A stretch of 64,000 nucleotides of DNA from a virus (lineage: Duplodnaviria > Caudoviricetes). Position numbers and translations under genes: made by a program. Of this stretch, positions 31,325 to 42,584 are shown piece after piece; the stretch's first letter is position 1, and every line of letters starts with the position of its first letter. The notes below the pieces were generated by a model. The model saw only the letters and a program-made list of their open reading frames with translations. It made no database searches and was not told the DNA's origin. The DNA lies in IMG/VR virus record IMGVR_UViG_3300021255_000054. The stretch is one strand, 5' to 3'.

Positions 31325-31824
31325 TGAGTAAGATTGCAGGAATCTATTGGGATGATACCGCGGCGGCGCCCGGTATCTCCCTCTCAGTGTATTTTTCGGG
31401 TTGCCATTTCCATTGCCCCGGATGCCACAATCCCGAAGCACAAGATTTTAACTATGGGCGCGAATATGATTTAGATATACGCCAAGAGATTATGCAGAAG
31501 CTTAATAAAAATGGAGTAATGCGTACATTAAGTATTCTTGGCGGCGAGCCATTAGCTGATGAAAATTTAGAAGATGTAATGAATTTAATTGGTTGGTGCA
31601 AGTTAGATTATCCAGATTTGAAAATTTACTTATGGACAGGTTATACAATGGAAGAATTAGAGAAGCGCGATAATCGTACTTTAGATCATATTTTACATAA
31701 TATTACCTGTTTAATAGATGGACGCTATGAACAAGATAAACGCGATACTACATTACCACTTCGAGGCTCTTCTAACCAACGAATAATTAATATGGAGAAA
31801 TATTATAATGAATAGTCAAAATGA
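31324..31824 (+). CDS. nrdG: class III RNR activase (radical SAM); extends through TAG 31813 to TGA
   Basis: GCHFHCPGCHNP, LGGEP, WTGY, DGRY, RGSSNQ. Confidence 0.92.
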
Positions 31825-31987
31825 TGCATTATTTAATTTCTTTTTAGATGGTTATAAAACATATTGTTTAAATAATAATATTGAATATAATTAGTCAAAC
31901 GCAATAAAAGAATTTATCCACTTTTGTCAACATGTTGATAAATTAGGAAATGAATATTTTAATTCTTCATATTTTCAAGGAGCATAA
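31808..31987 (+). CDS. small hypothetical protein with one TAG
   Basis: GGAG SD, ATG 31808 to TAA 31987, fills the gap before the FNT gene. Confidence 0.4.
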
Positions 31988-31988
31988 T

Positions 31989-32543
31989 ATGATAAAAAAG
32001 GACATATATAAGTCAATACTTGCCGGAATGGCAATTGCATTAGGCTGCTGGATGTATATGGCGGCGCCGAATCCAATAGTAGGCGCCTTCCTTTTCTCCT
32101 GCGGACTATTATCAGTACGAATTTATAAATTAAATTTATTTACCGGTAAAATCCAATTTATGGTTACTAAGCAATATCCTTGGTATTTTTATTTAATAGT
32201 ATTTCTTGGAAATATTATAGGAGTATCACTAATGGCATTACTTGCGCATAATGATGCTTCCGCAGCAATAGCTGCTACAAAAGTTACTCAACCGATATGG
32301 GAAGCGATGTTTAAAGGTATCGGATGCGGTATGCTAATGTCATTAGCAACTTATGAAAAATCACCATTATGGATGTGTATTTTATGCGTAATGGGTTTTA
32401 TCCTTAGCGGCTTTAATCACTGTATTGCAGATGCATATTATATGATTGCGGCTGGAACAGTTGGAATCTCATTACTTGGAACTATTATTGGAAATTTATT
32501 TGGTGGTATTATTTTTAGTAATCTTGTGGAATCTAATGTTTGA
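31989..32543 (+). CDS. formate/nitrite transporter (FNT) family channel, short type
   Basis: SILAGMAIALG, GAFLFSCGL, LFTGK, GNIIG, FILSGFNHCIAD, GNLFGG. Confidence 0.82.
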   Translation: MIKKDIYKSILAGMAIALGCWMYMAAPNPIVGAFLFSCGLLSVRIYKLNLFTGKIQFMVTKQYPWYFYLIVFLGNIIGVSLMALLAHNDASAAIAATKVTQPIWEAMFKGIGCGMLMSLATYEKSPLWMCILCVMGFILSGFNHCIADAYYMIAAGTVGISLLGTIIGNLFGGIIFSNLVESNV

Positions 32544-32568
32544 CTTTTTCCCAGAAATCTGTTATAAT
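32540..32568 (+). promoter_or_regulatory. sigmaA-type promoter
   Basis: TTGACT-N17-TATAAT with TG extension. Confidence 0.75.
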
Positions 32569-32594
32569 TAATTATCAAAAGAATAGGTGATGAA

Positions 32595-33629
32595 ATGATT
32601 TATCTTATATTGATATGTTTAGTTATAATCGGATTTCTGGGATTTAAACTTTATTAGAAGAAGGTTGTTGATACTCAATTAATGAATGAGTATTAGGCAT
32701 AGATACAAAAGGTTAAAGAACAATTAGATTCTGATCAAAAAGCTTTAAATTAGTATAACAGTCAGCTGGTAGATGTTCGTATCAAAGTTAATACTGAGTA
32801 GCAAAAGCTAACTGATTTATATAATTAGTTAGATAGCGTTGAAACTAGCTTAAAAGATTCTCGTGATGAATATCATCATTTAATAAATAATAAGATGAAA
32901 GAAATAGACGAAACAATTAAGCAATAGCGGTAGACACGTCAGCAAGAATTAGATGCTGAATTTGATACTCGTAGATATGATCTTGAATTACAATTATCTT
33001 AGGCTTTACGTGAATATGATGAACAAGCAGAAGATGCAAAGAGTGTAATGGCAGATATAATTAAGCAATGTCAAGATAAGTGTAATGAGTATTAGAATAA
33101 AGTTATTGATGCAGAACAACGATTCGAAAGTATTGAAAGAGCTTTAGCTTAGTATGAAAAAGATAAACAAGCTAAATTATTCTATACAATACAATTACCT
33201 GAAGAGTTCAGAGATGATATTGAGTTTTTATTAACTACTGTCGCCGCGAAAGTACAGCATCCAGATATTATTAGTAAGTTAGTTTGGGCTGAATATGTAA
33301 AGCCTAACTTAGATAATACATTTAAGAGAATTGAAATTAAGGCTGAACCAGGAATTTACAAATTGACTAATATAGATACTGGTAAGTGCTATATTGGAAA
33401 AAGTACTAATGTAAAAACTCGTATAGCCGATCATTTCAAATCTTCTATAGGAATTAAAAGTATTGCGGATCAAGCCGTACATCATGCAATATTAAAAGAA
33501 GGATTCTGGAACTGGTCAATTGAAGTAATCACATATTGTGATAAAGATAAATTATCTGAATTAGAAAAGTATTATATTGAATTCTTTAAATCATAGGAAT
33601 TTGGTTATAATAAAAATAGTGGAGGCTAA
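32595..33629 (+). CDS. TM anchor + coiled coil + GIY-YIG nuclease, 344 aa, 12 in-frame TAG
   Basis: MIYLILICLVIIGFLGFKLY; Q/E/K-rich coil; GIYKLTN..CYIGKS..R..H..ELEKYYI..GYN. Confidence 0.8.
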
Positions 33630-33630
33630 T

Positions 33631-34047
33631 ATGAGTGAATACCTTGAAGCACGTTCAAATCTAGATTTAAATATAGAGCCAGCAGAAAAATTATCTGTAG
33701 ATGAGCTAATCGAACGTTTTGCCTAGGTGCAAAAAGTTACTATAGAAGAAGCAAAAGAATTAGTTGGCGCAGATACTGAAGAAGAAGTAATGAAAAAAAT
33801 TACTGATTTTACAGTTAATAAAATTCATTCATAGCTGCCTTTAATGAATAGAGCACAGCGCCGTGCTTTGAAGAAGAAGGTTGGCGCGAAAAAGTATGCT
33901 GAAATGGTTGCCAATAGTGGCGATGAGATTAGCATGATAAATGAAACTGCGGAAAAATTAAATTACATAGATTTAATTCAAAAACTAAGAGCACTAAATG
34001 AGAAAAAGGAGAAAGAAAATGGCGAGACAACTACTGAAGACGACTGA
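33631..34047 (+). CDS. hypothetical protein with NRAQRR motif, 2 in-frame TAG
   Basis: GGAGG SD before ATG 33631, in frame with track ORF 33844. Confidence 0.65.
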
Positions 34048-34228
34048 CCTATGGCTAGTAGATACTGAAGAAGAAGCGATGGGAATGATTGAAGAAGCTA
34101 AAGATAAGCAGGCAGATAAGGGATATTCTCTTACAAAGTCTGGATATACGATGAAGACTAAGAAGTCTAAGGGAGAAATTGTAGAAGTAACTTATAGAGT
34201 TTCTCTTGAAAAAACTTTTGATCTATAA
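34019..34228 (+). CDS. small conserved phage protein
   Basis: AAGGAG SD; MARQLLKTTD..KKSKGEIVE. Confidence 0.6.
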   Translation: MARQLLKTTDLWLVDTEEEAMGMIEEAKDKQADKGYSLTKSGYTMKTKKSKGEIVEVTYRVSLEKTFDL

Positions 34229-34233
34229 GGAGA

Positions 34234-35016
34234 ATGAGTATGGATGAAAATATGGAATCCTTTGTTAATGCAATTCAGTCATTAACAGAGATAAAAGAAG
34301 AAAACTTGACTGATGAAGTTATGGTAACAGTCCAAGAAAATTTTAAACAGCAGTTATCACCCCAGATGGTAAAACAGGCTGTAAATGAAATGATTAAGAA
34401 TATGGAAGAACAAGGACTAACTAAAGAAGAAGCCGCTGATGCAGTTAAGGCAATTAAAGACTTAATGAATGAAATGGTATATGGCGAACAACAATATACT
34501 GGTAATAAGAAAAAGCTTATTGATGATATTATTCAATCTACTTATAGCATCTTTGATCAGGCAGTAGATCAGTATCATAGCTATAGTATCGTATTACCTA
34601 TGACGTTAGCTGAAGGAGCTGTTGAGCCAACTTATGCGCACGAAAGCGATGCCGCCGCTGATTTATATGCACTAGAAGATACAGACCTTAACGCTCATAC
34701 TTATGGCAATAAGATTCGTACAGGAGTTAATATTCAACTTCCTGAAGGTTGGTTAGCTATGATTCTTCCTCGTTCCAGCATTGGCGCAAAAACTCCATTC
34801 CGCCTAAGCAATAGTGTTGGACTAATTGATAGTGGTTATCGAGGCGAATTAGGTGTTCTATACGATAATACTTCTGATACTAACTCTTTTATTCATAAAG
34901 GCGATCGTATTGCTCAGCTATTAGTAATGCCATCATATCGTTTTAAAGCAGAGATAGTAGAATCATTGGAAGACTCTGATCGTGGTACCGGAGGATTCGG
35001 GAGCACTGGTGCTTAA
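34234..35016 (+). CDS. dut: trimeric dUTPase with ~120-aa N-terminal extension
   Basis: AAADL, PRSS, GLIDSGYRGE, GDRIAQ, RGTGGFGSTG. Confidence 0.92.
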   Translation: MSMDENMESFVNAIQSLTEIKEENLTDEVMVTVQENFKQQLSPQMVKQAVNEMIKNMEEQGLTKEEAADAVKAIKDLMNEMVYGEQQYTGNKKKLIDDIIQSTYSIFDQAVDQYHSYSIVLPMTLAEGAVEPTYAHESDAAADLYALEDTDLNAHTYGNKIRTGVNIQLPEGWLAMILPRSSIGAKTPFRLSNSVGLIDSGYRGELGVLYDNTSDTNSFIHKGDRIAQLLVMPSYRFKAEIVESLEDSDRGTGGFGSTGA

Positions 35017-35765
35017 TGAGTACCATTAATATATATACAGTATAGAACGCGCTCGAAACTGAAGGTTGGAAATTAGTAAGTGATACTTATAAAAATTTAA
35101 AAACGCCATTAGAAATGATTTGTCCTGAAGGCCATAAGTAGGAATAGACATTTGAACAATGGCGCAAACATAAAATATGTGATATATGTATGGCCGGTGA
35201 TCCTTATAAGGTCAAAAAAAATAAAGTGCCCAAAAAGGGCACTGACGTTTCGCGCATATTGGCGCTTGATGCGGCAACAGGAGTTACTGGTTATTCAATA
35301 TATGATGATAAGGTACTGGTTGGTTATGGTACTTTTAAAACAAGTGCCAACTTACATGCTACCGAAAGAATTAATTAGGTTAAAAATTGGCTTAAAGCCG
35401 CATTAAAGGAATGGGAACCTGATTTCGTAGGTGTAGAGAATATATAGCTACAAAGTTACGGTCCGAATGCGACACAAGTTCAAGTAAAAACATTCTAGAC
35501 TTTAGCTAACCTATAGGGTGTAATATTAGATACATTATTTGAAGCTTGTATTGATAGTGAGTTAGTATATTCAAGCGAATGGCGCTCATATTGCGGTGTT
35601 AATGATGGTGATTCGCATAGAGAGCCTAAAAAGAAATAGGCGCAAGCTAAAGTTAAAATTTGGTATGGTATAGATTGCTCAGAAGATGAATCCGATGCAA
35701 TTTGTATAGGAAAGTATTTTTGCGGCAAAATTAAAACGCAAGTAAAATGGGGAGAAGATATATGA
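35016..35765 (+). CDS. ruvC: RuvC-like Holliday junction resolvase with N-terminal Zn finger, 249 aa, 8 in-frame TAG
   Basis: CPEGH..CDIC; ILALDAATGVTG, GVENI(Q), LANL(Q)GV, EWR, EDESDAICIG. Confidence 0.8.
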
Positions 35766-36145
35766 TTACTGTAAAGATTAGTGATTTACTAAATGCAACT
35801 GAAGTTCTATAGGAACTATCTAAGAAATAGTTAAAGGCGCGCTTAGCCTTTGATGTATCTCGTTTATTAAAGGCAGCAGATACTGAAGTTACTCAGTTCA
35901 ATGAAGCTCGTATGAAGGTTATTAATAAGTTCGGTGAGAAGGATGAGAATGGTGAACTAAGCACTGATGAAAATGGTAATTGCCGCATCGTTCCTGCTAA
36001 TATTCCTGATTTTAATAATGAACTAAATGAACTAATTAACGCAGAAGTTGAACTTAATGCTAACAAGATTAAGATAACTGCGCTAGAAGATCTAGACTTC
36101 ACACCATCTGATATGGTTGTATTAGAACCATTTATTGAAGTATAA
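35762..36145 (+). CDS. conserved phage protein (DUF1617-like), 2 in-frame TAG
   Basis: ATGA overlap with ruvC; in frame with track ORF 35912. Confidence 0.6.
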
Positions 36146-36190
36146 AAAAGAGGCCCGTACTCAGAAATGAGTACGGGCCTATTTTTTATT
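36144..36190. terminator. bidirectional intrinsic terminator between convergent arms
   Basis: AAAAAAG-AGGCCCGTACTCA-GAAA-TGAGTACGGGCCT-ATTTTTT. Confidence 0.88.
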
Positions 36191-39100
36191 GTGGTTCTTC
36201 TCCTGCAGAAAAATAATATATATCGCATAAGGTTCCACCATGTACTTTTAAAGCCTTCTCTGAAATTTTAATTTCTTTAATAAAAGCATAAACAGAATCA
36301 TTACCAGATTTCTCCTGGGGTTTTATCCATACTTTCCTACTAGTTGTGGAAGCATTTGGGCGCATATTATATGCAGAAGCAATATTTTTATAATGAAAAG
36401 TATATTCAATTCGATTACTTTTATTTGCATAGCCCATTACTGATCGAGTTGCCTGATCTTTAACTACAATATATCCTGTATTATTTCCACTAGATCCTTC
36501 AATATACATTTTAAACCTTACAGCAGAAAAAGATTGCTAAGTAAGGTTACTACTAGCGACATTAAATTCTGCTTTAATAGTTATATCATAAATATAAGGA
36601 GCATCTTCACTTCCTGTTCCATCTGTGATATATAATGAAGTATCTCCATCATAATTTATTACGCACTAATGTGCTGCTGTAGAAGAATCAATGTCAGTAC
36701 CCTAATTTACGCTTACATACATTTCGCTGACATAAAAATCTGCACTTACATTCGGATTCGGCCGAATCCAAACCCAGTCTCTATCAGAAGGATAATTACT
36801 AGGTGTAGTAAGAGAATAAAAAATATCATCTCTTGCCCAGACTTCTTGATCGTTTATTTTAATACGGGAACCTTTAATATCAATTCCACTACTATCCATA
36901 TGAATATAATTAGTTGCACTATTATCAAGCTTAATATGGTCTTTAGTAATAGATAAATAAGAATCATCTAATGCACTATTAGCTCCTTTTAGTACATGTA
37001 ATCCATAATTAGCGCCTAATACTAAAGCAGTTGTTGAGGTTAATTCTACAGTATTTGTTGTATCTGAACCAGATGTAGTTATTTTACGTGTACCAGTACT
37101 TAAACCATCTATCGTAAAAGGTTCTGGACTATCACCGTCTTCTCCATCTTTTCCATCTTTACTAATATAACTTATATCATATACAGTTGAAGTAGCACTT
37201 CCTATAGTACTTGTTATCTTAGTATGTAAATATTTTCCTTGCTATCCAGATAAGTTCGGTGCTGTAGTAGACCAACTTAAATCTTTATCAGTAGAACTAG
37301 TATAAGCCGTTGAAGTAGTATTAATTAAATAATATTTAGTTACAGCATAATCATTTTGAGCCAACGTAAAACTAGTAGCCGTAATTTTTCCTGTAATTTC
37401 TAAGCCATTTTTTATAGTATACTTTAAATAAGGATTGGATGATGCTCCTAATCGTAAAATTGCATCAGTGGACTAAGCAGAAGTTTTAGTAGTGTCTAAA
37501 AGAAAATTAGTAGTATCTACTGTTAATTTTTTATTTGATGCAATCACAATTCCATCATTATTTAAAATTATAGCCTCTTGATATTGATTAGAATTATTCA
37601 TTGCTCCAATAGAAATTGATCCTCGTGCCTAAATAGAAATATTTGCTGTAGATTCAATTGTTAATTTATTATTTTCTATTGTAATACCAGTAGTCTTAAT
37701 TTTAGTAAAACTGGTCTCACCAGACATATATTTCCCTAATGAAGTATTTACTTCCGCAGCAGCACCATTAGCATCATATAATTCATTTGTAGTTTTACTG
37801 CCAATATATAAATTATTCCCAGATGTAATTTTAAGATTTCCAGCAGCACTGATTTCTCCACTAGAATTAATTGTTAGAATAGCGTTACCTGAATTGTTAT
37901 AAAAACCAAAATTACTCGCTTCAACTTTCATATACCCATTATTAGATTTAGCAATAAAACTACTTGCGTATATACTACCTGATACAAATAAATTATTATT
38001 AGTAAATACCAATCCAACCCAAGGTTTAGCACTACTTCCTAATACTGGATCACTATTAGCAATTAAACCTGTAACAGTTGAGTCTGCAGTAATATACTAT
38101 AAATTATGACCTACCGCGAATCTTGTACCTAATCCAGTATTTGTCTATAACTTAAAATTATTCATATTAACATATAAATTAGCTAAAGAACCTAATTCAA
38201 TTCCTTCGCCACTAATACGTGTATATGAACCTCTTGAAGCACGTAAGTTGTTATTATTATTGCTAGTAGTAGGCCAAGTAACATTTACTGAACCGCTGCC
38301 TATTGTTATTCCATTTTCATTCATTAGAATAGCATTAATATTATTTCCAGAACCAGTAGCAAATCCAATACTATCTTTAGTAAATTTTGCACCAATAAGG
38401 CCACCATTTACCCCTGTAACATTCTAATTACCAATTGCGGCAGAACCGGAAGCAATTACTACTTTATCTTTATCCAATTCAATAGCATTACCGGCATTAG
38501 TAGAAGTATTCATATATCCTAAAATTAAATGTTGATCATTTAACTCTACTGAAGCACCAGCAGCATTAGCTTTTGTTAATTCATTCGTATCCGCGTTATA
38601 AGAAAAGCCACCGCTAAATATTCTTACTCCCTTTCCGCTACCAATCCATACACCAGTATCTGGACTAATTTCAATTGCAGAAGTACTGTTACTATTTATA
38701 CGAGAAGTAACCATCTAAATCTTATTAGCTCCGCGCATTAATATATCAGCAGATCCCATCTCAATTTTTTTTGGATTAATTAATACTTTAGAAAAATTAG
38801 TATCTCCAGTAGAACTACCTACTGATGTATAAGTAGTAGCTATTAAATTAATACTACTAGGAGTTTCATTAGCAGCTGCCGCACCCAAATTTAAAGTAGG
38901 GCCGCCTATATTAACTGATTGTTCACCTGTAATATTGACGTCATGTCCCACTAACTTTAATAGACCATTGGAACGTAATAATAATTCCTTCTAAGCTTCA
39001 ATCGTAATATTACCATCTTCAGCATCTATATCTAAATGTGCGCCCTTTATCTATGCTAATGTTCCATCACTAGTCTAAACCCAGCCACCAAAACCACTAG

Positions 39101-42100
39101 TCTCATTAGAATTAGCAGTAGCAATATATCGCGCCACTTCTTGGCCATCGCTATTTAACTCAATCCAAATATCACCTATTTTAAAAGTTGTAGGTCTAGT
39201 TTGAGATCTATATATAGAACCAGTTAATTCACTTTGTATATCTGAAGCAAAATTAGCTAATATTCCAGCGTTCGCAGTAGTTAATGAATGTATATTATTT
39301 AAACTACTCTAAGAATCTGCTAATATCTATCCCGCCTCAGTGAATAAACTTGTTAATTTATTTTGTACTACTTCACTACTATCAAAATGCGCATCTAAAT
39401 AAGCATTTAGTATTGAAGTATTACTCGCTAATGTATCAGAAAAACCTTTATCTGATAAACCAACTGAACCAGACAATGCCGCTCCTAATCCACCTTGCGC
39501 GCGCTTCATTTGTTCAGTTTGTGCTACAATTGTAGAAAATAAATCTTCAAATTTAGTTTTATAATTCTTAACTTCAATAGTATCATTCTATGGAGCATCT
39601 AAATCTAATTCCATATGAGATATATAGCCGAATGTATTTTCAAACTTCAATTCAGTATCATTTATCATTAATAATTGCGCCAATCTGCTATATAATGTAT
39701 GGGATACTGCTGGATTTAATAAATTTGTTGTAATATCATAAGAAACTTTAGGATAAGCATTTTCATGTGATACTTCAAGTGCATCTAGATAAATTGTTGT
39801 ATTAGCATTTGAAATTATATAATTTACTTTTACTTTTCGTGCAATACCACCACCACAATATCTTAACATGGATTCTGGTTTTAAAGTAATAAAGTATTCC
39901 ATATAATTAGTATCGCCACGTTTAGTATCACGCGTATTTACATAATAATCTTCAAACATACTTAATAACTAATTATTATACTATACAGTAATATCATCAC
40001 TCTAAGTCTTTAAACTAGTAGAAGAAAATCTAATACGCGGCATTACTATCTTATAATCTGCGGTTTCTAGCCACTTTACATTTTGAGCATTCTTAACAGT
40101 TAATGCATTACCAGTAATAGGTAATGTAAGCTCTCCTATTTTAGCATGACCATAATATTTACTATTATCAGTATTTTTCATATTTTTAATCTAATCATCA
40201 GTTAATGATTTTGCGCCAACTAATACTAATGCAGGAATTATTTTATTGGAACTATTTTTTACAAATACGGGAATAGCTTGTGAACCTACTGCAAAATACT
40301 ATTGATATTTTAATCCATTTGGATTAACCGTATCATTCTTATAATTAGTATTAAAATATATACTATACTTAGTAATATCATCCATTAAAATACCGCCAGG
40401 AATTTCTATCATAGGATAATATTCTTTAATTTTCTTTACACCTTTTTCATAATATAACTTCTATTCACCCATAAATAAATGAGAGTCACTTTCGTCACTA
40501 GAAGTGTCAACATCCCAAATAAATGTAGCTTCTTGTTTTAAATCTGAAGTTAAATCATTATTTTCAGCAGTAACAGTAGTAGGAATAGGATTTATATTAT
40601 ACTCTTTTGTATCTCCATAATTTGTATAATCTTCTGGTTGCCAGTAACCTTCACGCAAAGCAGGCCCCATCATGCGTTCAAAAGCTTTAATGCATTTATT
40701 CTTCTCTGTCATTAAATCTTCAATACTTTCATCAACAGTTTTTAGCTCTGCATAAAGTCCCGTCGCAGCAGTGTCGCCTTCCTATTTCTTACCTAGTTTA
40801 TTTTCAAGTTCCAATGCTTCCTTAGTATCAGCATTTAATTTATCTTGCCAATCTGCAATTACTGAGTCATAATAAGAAGAAGGATTATAATTATATGTTA
40901 AATATACTCTATTTACCTTCTCACTATCATAAGGCAAATTAGTTAATCTAGTAATATCATTGGTCTTTTTATCATATTCAGGAACAAATCCAGTAATTTC
41001 ATTAGCAGTAGTAAATGTCCAAGTCTAATTTGCAGAATTATAAGTCCCTGTTTTATAAACATGAACTGTATCTAATATAATTCCTAAATCATTCCTTAAA
41101 GAAATATAACCCGTGGTATTATCTCCACTATTAAAAATCTATTCCTAAGCAGGTTTTTTATTATCACGAGTCATTAAAGTATTTTTAGAATTACCATATT
41201 TTTCTAATAAAGCAGTCCTTAATGCTCCTGTCGCATCTACTTGTTCCTAGTCTAATTTTTTAGAATTTTCTGCAATAGCTAACTACGCTTTTACTTCAGT
41301 AATTTCATTACTCAAAGTCGCGCTCTTCTATTGTAAAGGAATTAGTTTTTCATTAAATCCCTTCATTTTCTTTTCATACACAGGAATTTCTGCGTACTAC
41401 TCATCAGATATTGTACCTATACTATGTAAATAATCAAAATTTAATATATAATCTTCTTTAGTTTTATTTGCTTCACTATCCATTATAGTATGATAGCCCT
41501 ATAATGTAGTATCATCATCTACATTTAGTACGTATAACTTAGTAGTTAAATCAGTGCTATCCATTCTGCGGCTAATCTCTGTCGCGCTATATGGATAAGT
41601 TAAAGACATATAACCTTCTTCTTCTTTAAAATAATTATTATAAAATACTACAGTACGAGATATAATCTAATTATTCTAATCATGTCCATACTCATATGTG
41701 CAAAATACACCAAAAGTCTCCGCGATAGTCTGTGTAATATTATATATATTACTATTCTTCGCATCAACCATTCTTTGCTTAATAGCAAAACTTTTTGTTT
41801 TTGTGGGCACTAAATCATCATTCCAAGCAGTAGTATATGTTTCTTCATATAACTACATAGATGAACGACCATTCGCGCCCTACTCAAATGAATTCCAATT
41901 CATTTGTAATCTATAATACCAAGTATTTGGATTTAAATTATTTTTATTATCTTCGTAGCTTTCTAAGCCCGCTTTGCGGCACCAATAAGCTATATCGGCG
42001 CGAGGTTCATTACTAACTTCTGAGGGCTTAGCTGGATCAGGATCTTTACCAGTTTCACACCATTTTTTATATCTTTCATAAAATTCCTCAAAAGATAATA

Positions 42101-42563
42101 CTAATTTATAACCTATCTTACCTAATTCATGAAATGCCAATCCTTCGCACTTTACTTCGCAAGTAAGCATATCATTACTATGAGTTTCTTGGATATCTAA
42201 AATAACAAATTCAAATACCTATTTAACAGTTTCATCTTTATTAAAAATAACTTTAATCTTGCGCAAACCTGTCATTAAATTATTATTTAACGTATTGCGC
42301 CAATTAGGATTTTCTATTAATACTCCATCTCTACGATAATACATTGGAATACTAAAGCTAAATTCCTAAGTACCATCAACATCCAAAATCATTTTAGGAT
42401 GTTCTATTCTTCCTTTTTGCTCCACATCGGACCACTTTAGGACAGTAATAAAACTGTCCTAAAGAGTCCATAGGGAGACTTCATAACTACGAATTTCTTT
42501 CTTTTCAATACCATATTGTCTATGCTATTCTATAATTAAGTTTTTTTGTTTATCCGTAATCAT
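36186..42563 (-). CDS. large tail tip/host-specificity protein (~2,125 aa, many TAG)
   Basis: AAGGAGGT SD at start; nine track fragments share one frame with 42563; lies downstream of Dit; beta-rich C-half and KDGKDGEDG collagen-like spot. Internal codons not all checked. Confidence 0.75.
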
Positions 42564-42584
42564 GTGTCTACCTCCTTTTACTCA

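Noticed and set aside
33363-33596. Free-standing GIY-YIG homing endonuclease or intron
   Set aside because: It is the C-terminal domain of the 344-aa TM/coiled-coil protein, and no interrupted host gene flanks it.
882-36228. Minus-strand track ORFs on the + arm (e.g. 882-1148, 2047-2316, 12069-12389, 18431-18799, 35893-36228) and alternate-frame ORFs such as 12583-12816, 15481-15699, 35152-35406
   Set aside because: They are shadows of well-supported + strand genes, with no SD or recognisable motifs.
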